A DNA stretch of 64,000 bases from Botryllus schlosseri (Eukaryota): the NCBI GenBank assembly GCA_051294905.1, contig CM119373.1, positions 5,146,001 through 5,210,000 of the forward strand, read 5' to 3'. The position numbers were made by a program, and so were the translations under genes. Positions 61,922 through 64,000 of the stretch are shown here, piece after piece (the first letter of the stretch is position 1; each line of letters opens with the position of its first letter). Below the pieces are notes generated by a model. That model was not told where the DNA came from, did not search any database, and worked only from the letters and a program-made list of their open reading frames with translations.

Positions 61922-64000
61922 CCATAGGTGAAGAATAAACTCTGAATTGAACCTAAAAGTTATCCGGTTTATCAATAGGGAAAGGAGATGTGATATAACG
62001 TTGGTTAGCGTTGGGACCCCGGGAAATCCCGATCCCGGGATTTGAACCAATGCCGACCCAGGGACTAATCCCAATGAAATCCCGGGATTTGTGAACATCA
62101 TGTACCAAGGCTTACGGAGCGCGATATCTCTTATTTTGGTAATAAAGTAGTGTCACAAACTCGGCTGATTGGCTAAAACAATGGTATGAAACACGCGGCC
62201 CGTGTCGGCAATTTATATTTTCAAGTATTCGACAATATTGAACTGGAAAATATCTTATTTAGGATTTTAGAACTTAAAATTCACTCCAAAACCTCTCCAA
62301 AAACCTGAATCGCTATCACATGCCAAATGTCCGCTAGCTGCGAAATTGTAACGCGACAGCTTTTACGATGACATGATGCATTTGTCGTCTCGCATGGAGT
62401 CCAATTGTCTGTAACTCACTATTTCGTCAAATTATGCCAAGCAGAACAATATCTTAAATAAAATATTTAAAAATATTACATTTTCGAGGCAAACGTGAAT
62501 ATCACAATAGTGAATCACATTTTCACAATGTGTATGGAATGCCAGTCTGCAAAGTCCGTCAAATAAGGCCTACTTGGAAATACATATTATACCAATATTT
62601 GATGCTGCCGCGTCATCATAACCTACGAAATTGACCCGCGAGTAAATTTGAGTTTGAGACCCCTGGTCTAAACGATCATACTCTTGATGCTTGCATATTT
62701 TTGCATCATTATTACAAGGAATAAATGTTGTTTGTGTAGCTTGTATGTGTATTTTACTACTTTTCCAATCCCGGGAAATCTCTCTAATCCAGGCAAACAC
62801 ATTTAGCGAATCGACATTTATTCAATTCAATTCAGGCACAAATTCAAGAAATGGCGGATACTCACCGGAACAGGATAAATGGACAGGTGATAATCAGCTG
62901 ACTGGAAATTACTTTTTGTTTTTAAGATTTCGAAAATCAGACAGTGTCGACGAGTTTGCATAATATTATCAGTCAAATTAGCCTGCTGAGATCGCGGAGC
63001 GACGTTTCCCTTTTATCATGCTGGCAGAATGCAACTTCCGGATTGCCATGATATCTTTTGTAATCGATAGGAATTGAGCATGCAGGAATACTAAGAAACT
63101 GCTTATGAATAGTAACTAATTTATGGTGATTATGACTAAAGGTCATATTCCATGGGTCACAAAATGTGGATGGAATCTGACCTTCGATGAATTAATGTCT
63201 TAGCAACATTACGGTGTACTGATTACGTGAAATTCGACAATGCCCATTATACATAATCAAACAACAAATCAGCCGCCAAACTAAATTGTAGGCTTCATGT
63301 ATCAGTTGAATAGCAGGTGAATATTACTGTTTGTACTCATGGCGCAGGTTGTTACTCATGTTGGCAAAGATGGTTGACTCGTTATTTGGCATTGACATCG
63401 CTTACAGTTGGAATCAGACATGGGGTGATTGCTTCATGAATGTAACCAATTGCGATTACGATTACTTCTGAAATCGGCGATTACGATTACAGCAAAAGCA
63501 TCTCGTACTCGATTACGATTACTTTGGATAAGTATTTACCATTACTCACGACTACATTTCTTTTGCTTGTTAGAAGTTATCTTTGGAAGACAATATAACC
63601 ATTGCGATGAAAAGGCCTCATGAGAGGTCTATCTTTTTAAATGATACGTCATGACGTGATTTCCTGTATATGTCATAATATACCCTTGCATGATCTACCG
63701 AAATAGGCATTTCGGTGCCGGCCAATACCGCACCGCCACTCACCAAGATATGCTACATTGGCAGAAACATTGTGTATTTGTCCATTGTCCATATAGCCGC
63801 CCATAGTCGACTCTTCTCAATCTGAGCCCCACAATACAAATGTCGCCTGGGGCACCCACTGAGGGAAATGATTTGCTCCGTGTAGAAATGACAATTTCGG
63901 GGTGCGTCTCGTGAAAGTTTATCGTCTAATTTTCTGATAGTCTGCTACGTTTGGGCAATATCGTTTGACCATATAGCAGACGTGGGACCACGAATTAACA

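Overview
Eukaryotic (animal; probably a marine invertebrate such as an ascidian - inference only) repeat-rich genomic DNA with spliceosomal introns; no prokaryotic operons, rRNA or CRISPR. Main contents: (1) a 12,080-bp foldback/Mutator-like element (2249-14328) with a perfect 9-bp TSD, kb-long inverted arms containing 212-bp tandem arrays, and an intact-looking Ulp1(C48) protease-PHD finger ORF in its loop, next to an older decayed relative; (2) a frameshifted Bel/Pao LTR retrotransposon (19914-27528, minus) with no tRNA-type PBS but a perfect 13-nt complement of its own LTR at the PBS position, i.e. a candidate self-priming Bel/Pao; (3) decayed LINEs (I/Jockey-like and RTE-like); (4) a dozen hAT-type MITEs with 8-bp TSDs, often nested; (5) a spliced pentraxin-domain host gene (+) with candidate microexons and the start of a second secreted-protein gene. 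All calls are from manual reading; no database searches were run.
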